Source of the DNA: Auanema rhodensis
Taxonomy: Eukaryota > Animalia > Nematoda
DNA: 64,000 bases
Assembly: GCA_964057225.1 (NCBI GenBank)
Contig: OZ059899.1
Coordinates: forward strand, 19,158,001-19,222,000
Direction: 5' to 3'
Shown here piece by piece: positions 24,401 through 38,389 of the stretch (position 1 is the stretch's first letter; every line of letters begins with the position of its first letter). Under the pieces are notes generated by a model. That model was given only the letters and a program-made list of their open reading frames with translations. It was not told the origin of the DNA and searched no databases. Both the position numbers and the translations under genes were made by a program.

Positions 24401-27400
24401 GTCTAGAAACAATTTTTTATTGATATTGGTGCATGGTAACCATGACTTTGAAATTTACGTGAACTTTAATTTATGCTAATTAAACGTACACGTGATGTGC
24501 ACTTGGTATGTAACTCGCTTCACGTGAAAGATAAAGAGATGCGGTTTTTAAAATTAGATTCCCCATGTCCATATTAGTCTAAAAACAATTTTTTACTGAT
24601 ATTGGTGCATGGTAACCATGATTTTGAAATTTACGTGAACTTTAATTTATGCTAATTAAACGTACACGTGATGTGCACTTGGTATGTAACTCGCTTCACG
24701 TGAAAGATAAAGAGATGCGGTTTTTAAAATTAGATTCCCCATGTCCATATTAGTCTAAAAACAAATTTTTTTTGATATTGGTGCATGGTAACCATGACTT
24801 TGAAATTTACGTGAACTTTAATTTATGCTAATTAAATGTACACGTGGTGTGCACTCGGTATGTAACTCGCTTCACGTGAACGATAAAGAGATGCGGTTTT
24901 CAAAATTAGATTCCTCATGTCCATATTAGTCTAAAAACAAATTTTTATTGATATTGGTGCATGGTAACCATGATTTTGAAATTTACGTGAACTTTAATTT
25001 ATGCTAATTAAATGTACACGTGGTGTGCACTCGGTATGTAACTCGCTTCACGTGAAAGATAAAGAGATGCGGTTTTCAAAATTAGATTCCCCATGTCCAT
25101 ATTAGTCTAAAAACAATTTTTTACTGATATTGGTGCATGGTAACCATGACTTTGAATTTTACGTGAACTTTAATTTATGCTAATTAAACGTACACGTGGT
25201 GTGCACTCGGTATGTAACTCGCTTCACGTGAAAGATAAAGAGATGCGGTTTTCAAAATTAGATTCCCCATGTCCATATTAGTCTAAAAACAAATTTTTAT
25301 TGATATGGGTGCATGGTAACCATGACTTTGAAATTTACGTGAACTTTAATTTATGCTACATAAATGTACACGTGATGTGCACTTGGTATGTAACTCGCTT
25401 CACGTGAAAGATAAAAAGATGCGCTTTTTAAAATTAGATTCCCCATGTCCATATTAGTCTAAAAACAATTTTTTACTGATATTGGTGCATGGTAACCATG
25501 ACTTTGAAATTTACGTGAACTTTAATTTATGCTAATTAAACGTACACGTGGTGTGCACTTGGTATGTAACTCGCTTCACGTGAAAAATAAAGAGATGCGG
25601 TTTTTAAAATTAGATTCCCCATGTCCATATTAGTCTAAAAACAATTTTTTACTGATATTGGTGCATGGTAACCATGATTTTGAAATTTACGTGAACTTTA
25701 ATTTATGCTAATTAAACGTACACGTGATGTGCACTCGGTATGTAACTCGCTTCACGTGTAAGATAAAGAGATGCGGTTTTCAAAATTAGATTCCCCATGT
25801 CCATATTAGTCTAAAAACAAATTTTTATTGATATTGGTGCATGGTAACCATGACTTTGAAATTTACGTGAACTTTAATTTATGCTAATTAAACGTACACG
25901 TGGTGTGCACTCGGTATGTAACTCGCTTCACGTGAAAGATAAAGAGATGCGGTTTTTAAAATTAGATTCCCCATGTCCATATTAGTCTAAAAACAATTTT
26001 TTACTGATATTGGTGCATGGTAACCATGATTTTGAAATTTACGTGAACTTTAATTTATGCTAATTAAACGTACACGTGGTGTGCACTCGGTATGTAACTC
26101 GCTTCACGTGAAAGATAAAGAGATGCGGTTTTCAAAATTAGATTCCCCATGTCCATATTAGTCTAAAAACAAATTTTTATTGATATTGGTGCATGGTAAC
26201 CATGACTTTGAAATTTACGTGAACTTTAATTTATGCTAATTAAACGTACACGTGATGTGCACTTGGTATGTAACTCGCTTCACGTGAAAGATAAAGAGAT
26301 GCGGTTTTTAAAATTAGATTCCCCATGTCCATATTAGTCTAAAAACAATTTTTTACTGATATTGGTGCATGGTAACCATGATTTTGAAATTTACGTGAAC
26401 TTTAATTTATGCTAATTAAACGTACACGTGATGTGCACTTGGTATGTAACTCGCTTCACGTGAAAGATAAAGAGATGCGGTTTTCAAAATTAGATTCCCC
26501 ATGTCCATATTAGTCTAAAAACAAATTTTTATTGATATTGGTGCATGGTAACCATGACTTTGAAATTTACGTGAACTTTAATTTATGCTAATTAAACGTA
26601 CACGTGTTGTGCACTCGGTATGTAACTCCCTTCACGTGGAAGATAAAGAGATGCGGTTTTCAAAATTAGATTCCCCATGTCCATATTAGTCTAAAAACAA
26701 TTTTTTACTGATATTGGTGCATGGTAACCATGATTTTGAAATTTACGTGAACTTTAATTTATGCTAATTAAACGTACACGTGATGTGCACTTGGTATGTA
26801 ACTCGCTTCACGTGAAAGATAAAGAGATGCGGTTTTTAAAATTAGATTTCGCATGTCCATATTAGTCTAAAAACAATTTTTTACTGATATTGGTGCATGG
26901 TAACCATGATTTTGAAATTTACGTGAACTTTAATTTATGCTAATTAAATGTACACGTGGTGTGCACTCGGTATGTAACTCGCTTCACGTGAAAGATAAAG
27001 AGATGCGGTTTTCAAAATTAGATTCCCCATGTACATATTAGTCTAAAAACAAATTTTTATTGATATTGGTGCATGGTAACCATGATTTTGAAATTTACGT
27101 GAACTTTAATTTATGCTAATTAAATGTACACGTGGTGTGCACTCGGTATGTAACTCGCTTCACGTGAAAGATAAAGAGATGCGGTTTTCAAAATTAGATT
27201 CCCCATGTCCATATTAGTCTAAAAACAAATTTTTATTGATATTGGTGCATGGTAACCATGACTTTGAATTTTACGTGAACTTTAATTTATGCTAATTAAA
27301 CGTACACGTGGTGTGCACTCGGTATGTAACTCGCTTCACGTGAAAGATAAAGAGATGCGGTTTTCAAAATTAGATTCCCCATGTCCATATTAGTCTAAAA

Positions 27401-30400
27401 ACAAATTTTTATTGATATTGGTGCATGGTAACCATGACTTTGAAATTTACGTGAACTTTAATTTATGCTACATAAATGTACATGTGATGTGCACTCGGTA
27501 TGTAACTCGCTTCACGTGAAAGATAAAAAGATGCGCTTTTTAAAATTAGATTCCCCATGTCCATATTAGTCTAAAAACAATTTTTTACTGATATTGGTGC
27601 ATGGTAACCATGACTTTGAAATTTACGTGAACTTTAATTTATGCTAATTAAACGTACACGTGGTGTGCACTCGGTATGTAACTCGCTTCACGTGTAAGAT
27701 AAAGAGATGCGGTTTTCAAAATTAGATTCCCCATGTCCATATTAGTCTAAAAACAAATTTTTATTGATATTGGTGCATGGTAACCATGACTTTGAAATTT
27801 ACGTGAACTTTAATTTATGCTAATTAAACGTACACGTGGTGTGCACTCGGTATGTAACTCGCTTCACGTGTAAGATAAAGAGATGCGGTTTTCAAAATTA
27901 GATTCCCCATGTCCATATTAGTCTAAAAACAAATTTTTATTGATATTGGTGCATGGTAACCATGACTTTGAAATTTACGTGAACTTTAATTTATGCTAAT
28001 TAAACGTACACGTGGTGTGCACTCGGTATGTAACTCGCTTCACGTGTAAGATAAAGAGATGCGGTTTTCAAAATTAGATTCCCCATGTCCATATTAGTCT
28101 AAAAACAAATTTTTATTGATATTGGTGCATGGTAACCATGACTTTGAAATTTACGTGAACTTTAATTTATGCTAATTAAACGTACACGTGTTGTGCACTC
28201 GGTATGTAACTCCCTTCACGTGGAAGATAAAGAGATGCGGTTTTCAAAATTAGATTCCCCATGTCCATATTAGTCTAAAAACAATTTTTTACTGATATTG
28301 GTGCATGGTAACCATGATTTTGAAATTTACGTGAACTTTAGTTTATGCTAATTAAACGTACACGTGATGTGCACTTGGTATGTAACTCGCTTCACGTGAA
28401 AGATAAAGAGATGCGGTTTTTAAAATTAGATTTCGCATGTCCATATTAGTCTAAAAACAATTTTTTACTGATATTGGTGCATGGTAACCATGATTTTGAA
28501 ATTTACGTGAACTTTAATTTATGCTAATTAAATGTACACGTGGTGTGCACTCGGTATGTAACTCGCTTCACGTGAAAGATAAAGAGATGCGGTTTTCAAA
28601 ATTAGATTCCCCATGTACATATTAGTCTAAAAACAAATTTTTATTGATATTGGTGCATGGTAACCATGATTTTGAAATTTACGTGAACTTTAATTTATGC
28701 TAATTAAACGTACACGTGATGTGCACTTGGTATGTAACTCGCTTCACGTGAAAGATAAAGAGATGCGGTTTTTAAAATTAGATTCCCCATGTCCATATTA
28801 GTCTAAAAACAATTTTTTACTGATATTGGTGCATGGTAACCATGATTTTGAAATTTACGTGAACTTTAATTTATGCTAATTAAACGTACACGTGGTGTGC
28901 ACTCGGTATGTAACTCGCTTCACGTGAAAGATAAAGAGATGCGGTTTTCAAAATTAGATTCCCCATGTCCATATTAGTCTAAAAACAAATTTTTATTGAT
29001 ATTGGTGCATGGTAACCATGACTTTGAAATTTACGTGAACTTTAATTTATGCTAATTAAACGTACACGTGGTGTGCACTCGGTATGTAACTCGCTTCACG
29101 TGAAAGATAAAGAGATGCGGTTTTTAAAATTAGATTCCCCATGTCCATATTAGTCTAAAAACAATTTTTTACTGATATTGGTGCATGGTAACCATGATTT
29201 TGAAATTTACGTGAACTTTAATTTATGCTAATTAAACGTACACGTGATGTGCACTTGGTATGTAACTCGCTTCACGTGAAAGATAGAGAGATGCGGTTTT
29301 TAAAATTAGATTCCCCATGTCCATATTAGTCTAAAAACAATTTTTTACTGATATGGGTGCATGGTAACCATGACTTTGAAATTTACGTGCACTTTAATTT
29401 ATGCTAATTAAACGTACACGTGGTGTGCACTCGGTATGTAACTCGCTTCACGTGTAAGATAAAGAGATGCGGTTTTCAAAATTAGATTCCCCATGTCCAT
29501 ATTAGTCTAAAAACAAATTTTTATTGATATTGGTGCATGGTAACCATGATTTTGAAATTTACGTGCACTTTAATTTATGCTAATTAAACGTACACGTGGT
29601 GTGCACTCGGTATGTAACTCGCTTCACGTGTAAGATAAAGAGATGCGGTTTTCAAAATTAGATTCCCCATGTCCATATTAGTCTAAAAACAAATTTTTAT
29701 TGATATTGGTGCATGGTAACCATGACTTTGAATTTTACGTGAACTTTAATTTATGCTAATTAAACGTACACGTGGTGTGCACTCGGTATGTAACTCGCTT
29801 CACGTGAAAGATAAAGAGATGCGGTTTTCAAAATTAGATTCCCCATGTCCATATTAGTCTAAAAACAAATTTTTATTGATATTGGTGCATGGTAACCATG
29901 ACTTTGAAATTTACGTGAACTTTAATTTATGCTACATAAATGTACACGTGATGTGCACTTGGTATGTAACTCGCTTCACGTGAAAGATAAAAAGATGCGC
30001 TTTTTAAAATTAGATTCCCCATGTCCATATTAGTCTAAAAACAATTTTTTACTGATAATGGTGCATGGTAACCATGACTTTGAAATTTACGTGAACTTTA
30101 ATTTATGCTAATTAAACGTACACGTGGTGTGCACTCGGTATGTAACTCGCTTCACGTGTAAGATAAAGAGATGCGGTTTTCAAAATTAGATTCCCCATGT
30201 CCATATTAGTCTAAAAACAATTTTTTACTGATATTGGTGCATGGTAACCATGACTTTGAAATTTACGTGAACTTTAATTTATGCTAATTAAACGTACACG
30301 TGGTGTGCACTCGGTATGTAACTCGCTTCACGTGTAAGATAAAGAGATGCGGTTTTCAAAATTAGATTCCCCATGTCCATATTAGTCTAAAAACAAATTT

Positions 30401-30929
30401 TTATTGATATTGGTGCATGGTAACCATGACTTTGAAATTTACGTGAACTTTAATTTATGCTAATTAAACGTACACGTGGTGTGCACTCGGTATGTAACTC
30501 GCTTCACGTGTAAGATAAAGAGATGCGGTTTTCAAAATTAGATTCCCCATGTCCATATTAGTCTAAAACATATTTTTATTGATATTGGTGCTTGGTAACC
30601 ATGATTTTGAAATTTACGTGAACTTTAATTTATGCTAATTAAACGTACACGTGGTGTGCACTCGGTATGTAACTCGCTTCACGTGAAAGATAAAAAGATG
30701 CGCTTTTTAAAATTAGATTCCCCATGTCCATATTAGTCTAAAAACAAATTTTTATTGATATTGGTGCATGGTAACCATGACTTTGAAATTTACGTGAACT
30801 TTAATTTATGCTAATTAAACGTACACGTGGTGTGCACTCGGTATGTAACTCGCTTCACGTGTAAGATAAAGAGATGCGGTTTTCAAAATTAGATTCCCCA
30901 TGTCCATATTAGTCTAAAAACAAATTTCT

Positions 30930-33900
30930 ATTGATATTGGTGCATGGTAACCATGACTTTGAAATTTACGTGAACTTTAATTTATGCTAATTAAACGTAC
31001 ACGTGTTGTGCACTCGGTATGTAACTCCCTTCACGTGGAAGATAAAGAGATGCGGTTTTCAAAATTAGATTCCCCATGTCCATATTAGTCTAAAAACAAT
31101 TTTTTACTGATATTGGTGCATGGTAACCATGATTTTGAAATTTACGTGAACTTTAATTTATGCTAATTAAACGTACACGTGATGTGCACTTGGTATGTAA
31201 CTCGCTTCACGTGAAAGATAAAGAGATGCGGTTTTTAAAATTAGATTCCCCATGTCCATATTAGTCTAAAAACAATTTTTTACTGATATTGGTGCATGGT
31301 AACCATGATTTTGAAATTTACGTGAACTTTAATTTATGCTAATTAAACGTACACGTGATGTGCACTTGGTATGTAACTCGCTTCACGTGAAAGATAAAGA
31401 GATGCGGTTCTCAAAATTAGATTCCCCATGTCCATATTAGTCTAAAAACAAATTTTTTTTGATATTGGTGCATGGTAACCATGATTTTGAAATTTACGTG
31501 AACTTTAATTTATGCTAATTAAATGTACACGTGGTGTGCACTCGGTATGTAACTCGCTTCACGTGAAAGATAAAGAGATGCGGTTTTCAAAATTAGATTC
31601 CCCATGTCCATATTAGTCTAAAAACAAATTTTTATTGATATTGGTGCATGGTAACCATGACTTTGAAATTTACGTGAACTTTAATTTATGCTACATAAAT
31701 GTACACGTGGTGTGCACTCGGTATGTAACTCGCTTCACGTGTAAGATAAAGAGATGCGGTTTTCAAAATTAGATTCCCCATGTCCATATTAGTCTAAAAA
31801 CAAATTTTTATTGATATTGGTGCATGGTAACCATGACTTTGAAATTTACGTGAACTTTAATTTATGCTAATTAAACGTACACGTGGTGTGCACTCGGTAT
31901 GTAACTCGCTTCACGTGTAAGATAAAGAGATGCGGTTTTCAAAATTAGATTCCCCATGTCCATATTAGTCTAAAAACAAATTTTTATTGATATTGGTGCA
32001 TGGTAACCATGACTTTGAAATTTACGTGAACTTTAATTTATGCTAATTAAACGTACACGTGTTGTGCACTCGGTATGTAACTCCCTTCACGTGGAAGATA
32101 AAGAGATGCGGTTTTCAAAATTAGATTCCCCATGTCCATATTAGTCTAAAAACAATTTTTTACTGATATTGGTGCATGGTAACCATGACTTTGAAATTTA
32201 CGTGAACTTTAATTTATGCTACATAAATGTACACGTGATGTGCACTTGGTATGTAACTCGCTTCACGTGAAAGATAAAGAGATGCGGTTTTTAAAATTAG
32301 ATTCCCCATGTCCATATTAGTCTAAAACAATTTTTTACTGATATTGGTGCATGGTAACCATGATTTTGAAATTTACGTGAACTTTAATTTATGCTAATTA
32401 AACGTACACGTGATGTGCACTTGGTATGTAACTCGCTTCACGTGAAAGATAAAGAGATGCGGTTTTCAAAATTAGATTCCCCATGTCCATATTAGTCTAA
32501 AAACAAATTTTTTTTGATATTGGTGCATGGTAACCATGATTTTGAAATTTACGTGAACTTTAATTTATGCTAATTAAATGTACACGTGGTGTGCACTCGG
32601 TATGTAACTCGCTTCACGTGAAAGATAAAGATATGCGGTTTTCAAAATTAGATTCCCCTTGTCCATATTAGTCTAAAAACAAATTTTTATTGATATTCGT
32701 GCATGGTAACCATGATTTTGAAATTTACGTGAACTTTAATTTATGCTAATTAAATGTACACGTGGTGTGCACTCGGTATGTAACTCGCTTCACGTGAAAG
32801 ATAAAAAGATGCGCTTTTTAAAATTAGATTCCCCATGTCCATATTAGTCTAAAAACAATTTTTTACTGATATTGGTGCATGGTAACCATGACTTTGAAAT
32901 TTACGTGAACTTTAATTTATGCTAATTAAACGTACACGTGGTGTGCACTCGGTATGTAACTCGCTTCACGTGTAAGATAAAGAGATGCGGTTTTCAAAAT
33001 TAGATTCCCCATGTCCATATTAGTCTAAAAACAAATTTTTATTGATATTGGTGCATGGTAACCATGACTTTGAAATTTACGTGAACTTTAATTTATGCTA
33101 ATTAAACGTACACGTGGTGTGCACTCGGTATGTAACTCGCTTCACGTGTAAGATAAAGAGATGCGGTTTTCAAAATTAGATTCCCCATGTCCATATTAGT
33201 CTAAAAACAAATTTTTATTGATATTGGTGCATGGTAACCATGACTTTGAAATTTACGTGAACTTTAATTTATGCTAATTAAACGTACACGTGTTGTGCAC
33301 TCGGTATGTAACTGCCTTCACGTGGAAGATAAAGAGATGCGGTTTTCAAAATTAGATTCCCCATGTCCATATTAGTCTAAAAACAATTTTTTACTGATAT
33401 TGGTGCATGGTAACCATGATTTTGAAATTTACGTGAACTTTAATTTATGCTAATTAAACGTACACGTGATGTGCACTTGGTATGTAACTCGCTTCACGTG
33501 AAAGATAAAGAGATGCGGTTTTTAAAATTAGATTCCGCATGTCCATATTAGTCTAAAAACAATTTTTTACTGATATTGGTGCATGGTAACCATGATTTTG
33601 AAATTTACGTGAACTTTAATTTATGCTAATTAAATGTACACGTGGTGTGCACTCGGTATGTAACTCGCTTCACGTCAAAGATAAAGAGATGCGGTTTTCA
33701 AAATTAGATTCCCCATGTACATATTAGTCTAAAAACAAATTTTTATTGATATTGGTGCATGGTAACCATGATTTTGAAATTTACGTGAACTTTAATTTAT
33801 GCTAATTAAACGTACACGTGATGTGCACTTGGTATGTAACTCGCTTCACGTGAAAGATAAAGAGATGCGGTTTTTAAAATTAGATTCCCCATGTCCATAT

Positions 33901-36900
33901 TAGTCTAAAAACAATTTTTTACTGATATTGGTGCATGGTAACCATGATTTTGAAATTTACGTGAACTTTAATTTATGCTAATTAAACGTACACGTGGTGT
34001 GCACTCGGTATGTAACTCGCTTCACGTGAAAGATAAAGAGATGCGGTTTTCAAAATTAGATTCCCCATGTCCATATTAGTCTGAAAACAAATTTTTATTG
34101 ATATTGGTGCATGGTAACCATGACTTTGAAATTTACGTGAACTTTAATTTATGCTACATAAATGTACACGTGATGTGCACTTGGTATGTAACTCGCTTCA
34201 CGTGAAAGATAAAAAGATGCGCTTTTTAAAATTAGATTCCCCATGTCCATATTAGTCTAAAAACAATTTTTTACTGATATTGGTGCATGGTAACCATGAC
34301 TTTGAAATTTACGTGAACTTTAATTTATGCTAATTAAACGTACACGTGGTGTGCACTCGGTATGTAACTCGCTTCACGTGTAAGATAAAGAGATGCGGTT
34401 TTCAAAATTAGATTCCCCATGTCCATATTAGTCTAAAAACAAATTCTTATTGATATTGGTGCATGGTAACCATGACTTTGAAATTTACGTGAACTTTAAT
34501 TTATGCTAATTAAACGTACACGTGGTGTGCACTCGGTATGTAACTCGCTTCACGTGTAAGATAAAGAGATGCGGTTTTCAAAATTAGATTCCCCATGTCC
34601 ATATTAGTCTAAAAACAAATTTTTATTGATATTGGTGCATGGTAACCATGACTTTGAAATTTACGTGAACTTTAATTTATGCTAATTAAACGTACACGTG
34701 TTGTGCACTCGGTATGTAACTGCCTTCACGTGGAAGATAAAGAGATGCGGTTTTCAAAATTAGATTCCCCATGTCCATATTAGTCTAAAAACAATTTTTT
34801 ACTGATATTGGTGCATGGTAACCATGATTTTGAAATTTACGTGAACTTTAATTTATGCTAATTAAACGTACACGTGATGTGCACTTGGTATGTAACTCGC
34901 TTCACGTGAAAGATAAAGAGATGCGGTTTTTAAAATTAGATTCCGCATGTCCATATTAGTCTAAAAACAATTTTTTACTGATATTGGTGCATGGTAACCA
35001 TGATTTTGAAATTTACGTGAACTTTAATTTATGCTAATTAAATGTACACGTGGTGTGCACTCGGTATGTAACTCGCTTCACGTCAAAGATAAAGAGATGC
35101 GGTTTTCAAAATTAGATTCCCCATGTACATATTAGTCTAAAAACAAATTTTTATTGATATTGGTGCATGGTAACCATGATTTTGAAATTTACGTGAACTT
35201 TAATTTATGCTAATTAAACGTACACGTGATGTGCACTTGGTATGTAACTCGCTTCACGTGAAAGATAAAGAGATGCGGTTTTTAAAATTAGATTCCCCAT
35301 GTCCATATTAGTCTAAAAACATTTTTTTACTGATATTGGTGCATGGTAACCATGATTTTGAAATTTACGTGAACTTTAATTTATGCTAATTAAACGTACA
35401 CGTGGTGTGCACTCGGTATGTAACTCGCTTCACGTGAAAGATAAAGAGATGCGGTTTTCAAAATTAGATTCCCCATGTCCATATTAGTCTGAAAACAAAT
35501 TTTTATTGATATTGGTGCATGGTAACCATGACTTTGAAATTTACGTGAACTTTAATTTATGCTAATTAAACGTACACGTGGTGTGCACTCGGTATGTAAC
35601 TCGCTTCACGTGTAAGATAAAGAGATGCGGTTTTCAAAATTAGATTCCCCATGTCCATATTAGTCTAAAAACAAATTTTTATTGATATTGGTGCATGGTA
35701 ACCATGACTTTGAAATTTACGTGAACTTTATTTTATGCTAATTAAACGTACACGTGTTGTGCACTCGGTATGTAACTCCCTTCACGTGGAAGATAAAGAG
35801 ATGCGGTTTTCAAAATTAGATTCCCCATGTCCATATTAGTCTAAAAACAATTTTTTACTGATATTGGTGCATGGTAACCATGATTTTGAAATTTACGTGA
35901 ACTTTAATTTATGCTAATTAAACGTACACGTGATGTGCACTTGGTATGTAACTCGCTTCACGTGAAAGATAAAGAGATGCGGTTTTTAAAATTAGATTCC
36001 CCATGTCCATATTAGTCTAAAAACAATTTTTTACTGATATTGGTGCATGGTAACCATGATTTTGAAATTTACGTGAACTTTAATTTATGCTAATTAAACG
36101 TACACGTGATGTGCACTTGGTATGTAACTCGCTTCACGTGAAAGATAAAGAGATGCGGTTCTCAAAATTAGATTCCCCATGTCCATATTAGTCTAAAAAC
36201 AAATTTTTTTTGATATTGGTGCATGGTAACCATGATTTTGAAATTTACGTGAACTTTAATTTATGCTAATTAAATGTACACGTGGTGTGCACTCGGTATG
36301 TAACTCGCTTCACGTGAAAGATAAAGAGATGCGGTTTTCAAAATTAGATTCCCCATGTCCATATTAGTCTAAAAACAAATTTTTATTGATATTGGTGCAT
36401 GGTAACCATGACTTTGAAATTTACGTGAACTTTAATTTATGCTACATAAATGTACACGTGGTGTGCACTCGGTATGTAACTCGCTTCACGTGTAAGATAA
36501 AGAGATGCGGTTTTCAAAATTAGATTCCCCATGTCCATATTAGTCTAAAAACAAATTTTTATTGATATTGGTGCATGGTAACCATGACTTTGAAATTTAC
36601 GTGAACTTTAATTTATGCTAATTAAACGTACACGTGGTGTGCACTCGGTATGTAACTCGCTTCACGTGTAAGATAAAGAGATGCGGTTTTCAAAATTAGA
36701 TTCCCCATGTCCATATTAGTCTAAAAACAAATTTTTATTGATATTGGTGCATGGTAACCATGACTTTGAAATTTACGTGAACTTTAATTTATGCTAATTA
36801 AACGTACACGTGTTGTGCACTCGGTATGTAACTCCCTTCACGTGGAAGATAAAGAGATGCGGTTTTCAAAATCAGATTCCCCATGTCCATGTTAGTCTAA

Positions 36901-37550
36901 AAACAATTTTTTACTGATATTGGTGCATGGTAACCATGATTTTGAAATTTACGTGAACTTTAATTTATGCTAATTAAACGTACACGTGATGTGCACTTGG
37001 TATGTAACTCGCTTCACGTGAAAGATAAAGAGATGCGGTTTTTAAAATTAGATTCCCCATGTCCATATTAGTCTAAAACAATTTTTTACTGATATTGGTG
37101 CATGGTAACCATGATTTTGAAATTTACGTGAACTTTAATTTATGCTAATTAAACGTACACGTGATGTGCACTTGGTATGTAACTCGCTTCACGTGAAAGA
37201 TAAAGAGATGCGGTTTTCAAAATTAGATTCCCCATGTCCATATTAGTCTAAAAACAAATTTTTTTTGATATTGGTGCATGGTAACCATGATTTTGAAATT
37301 TACGTGAACTTTAATTTATGCTAATTAAATGTACACGTGGTGTGCACTCGGTATGTAACTCGCTTCACGTGAAAGATAAAGATATGCGGTTTTCAAAATT
37401 AGATTCCCCATGTCCATATTAGTCTAAAAACAAATTTTTATTGATATTCGTGCATGGTAACCATGATTTTGAAATTTACGTGAACTTTAATTTATGCTAA
37501 TTAAATGTACACGTGGTGTGCACTCGGTATGTAACTCGCTTCACGTGAAA
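30930..37550 (+). repeat. Duplicated ~10-monomer block at offset 4751 bp (27 monomers minus 1): ~30930-32800 and ~35680-37550
   Basis: Paired variants at 31410/36161 (GGTTCTC), 32632/37383 (GATATGC) and 32698/37449 (ATTCGT), plus a shared 1-bp deletion at ~32325/~37076. Confidence 0.85.
32800..35560 (+). repeat. Local 8-monomer (1408 bp) tandem duplication
   Basis: ACTGCCTT at 33314/34722 and CTGAAAAC at 34083/35491, both at offset 1408. Confidence 0.85.
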
Positions 37551-38389
37551 GATAAAGAGATGCGGTTTTCAAAATTAGATTCCACATGTTCATATTAGTC
37601 TAAAAACAAATTATTATTGATATTGGTACATGGTAACCATGACTTTGAATTTTACGTGAACTTTAATTTATGCTAATTAAACGTACACGTGGTGTGCACT
37701 CGGTATGTAACTCGCTTCACGTGAAAGATAAAGAGATGCGGTTTTCAAAATTAGATTCCCCATGTCCATATTAGTCTAAAAACAAATTTTTATTGATATT
37801 GGTGCATGGTAACCATGACTTTGAAATTTACGTGAACTTTAATTTATGCTACATAAATGTACACGTGATGTGCACTTGGTATGTAACTCGCTTCACGTGA
37901 AAGATAAAAAGATGCGCTTTTTAAAATTAGATTCCCCATGTCCATATTAGTCTAAAAACAATTTTTTACTGATATTGGTGCATGGTAACCATGACTTTGA
38001 AATTTACGTGAACTTTAATTTATGCTAATTAAACGTACACGTGGTGTGCACTCGGTATGTAACTCGCTTCACGTGTAAGATAAAGAGATGCGGTTTTCAA
38101 AATTAGATTCCCCATGTCCATATTAGTCTAAAAACAAATTTTTATTGATATTGGTGCATGGTAACCATGACTTTGAAATTTACGTGAACTTTAATTTATG
38201 CTAATTAAACGTACACGTGGTGTGCACTCGGTATGTAACTCGCTTCACGTGTAAGATAAAGAGATGCGGTTTTCAAAATTAGATTCCCCATGTCCATATT
38301 AGTCTAAAAACAAATTTTTATTGATATTGGTGCATGGTAACCATGACTTTGAAATTTACGTGAACTTTAATTTATGCTAATTAAACGTA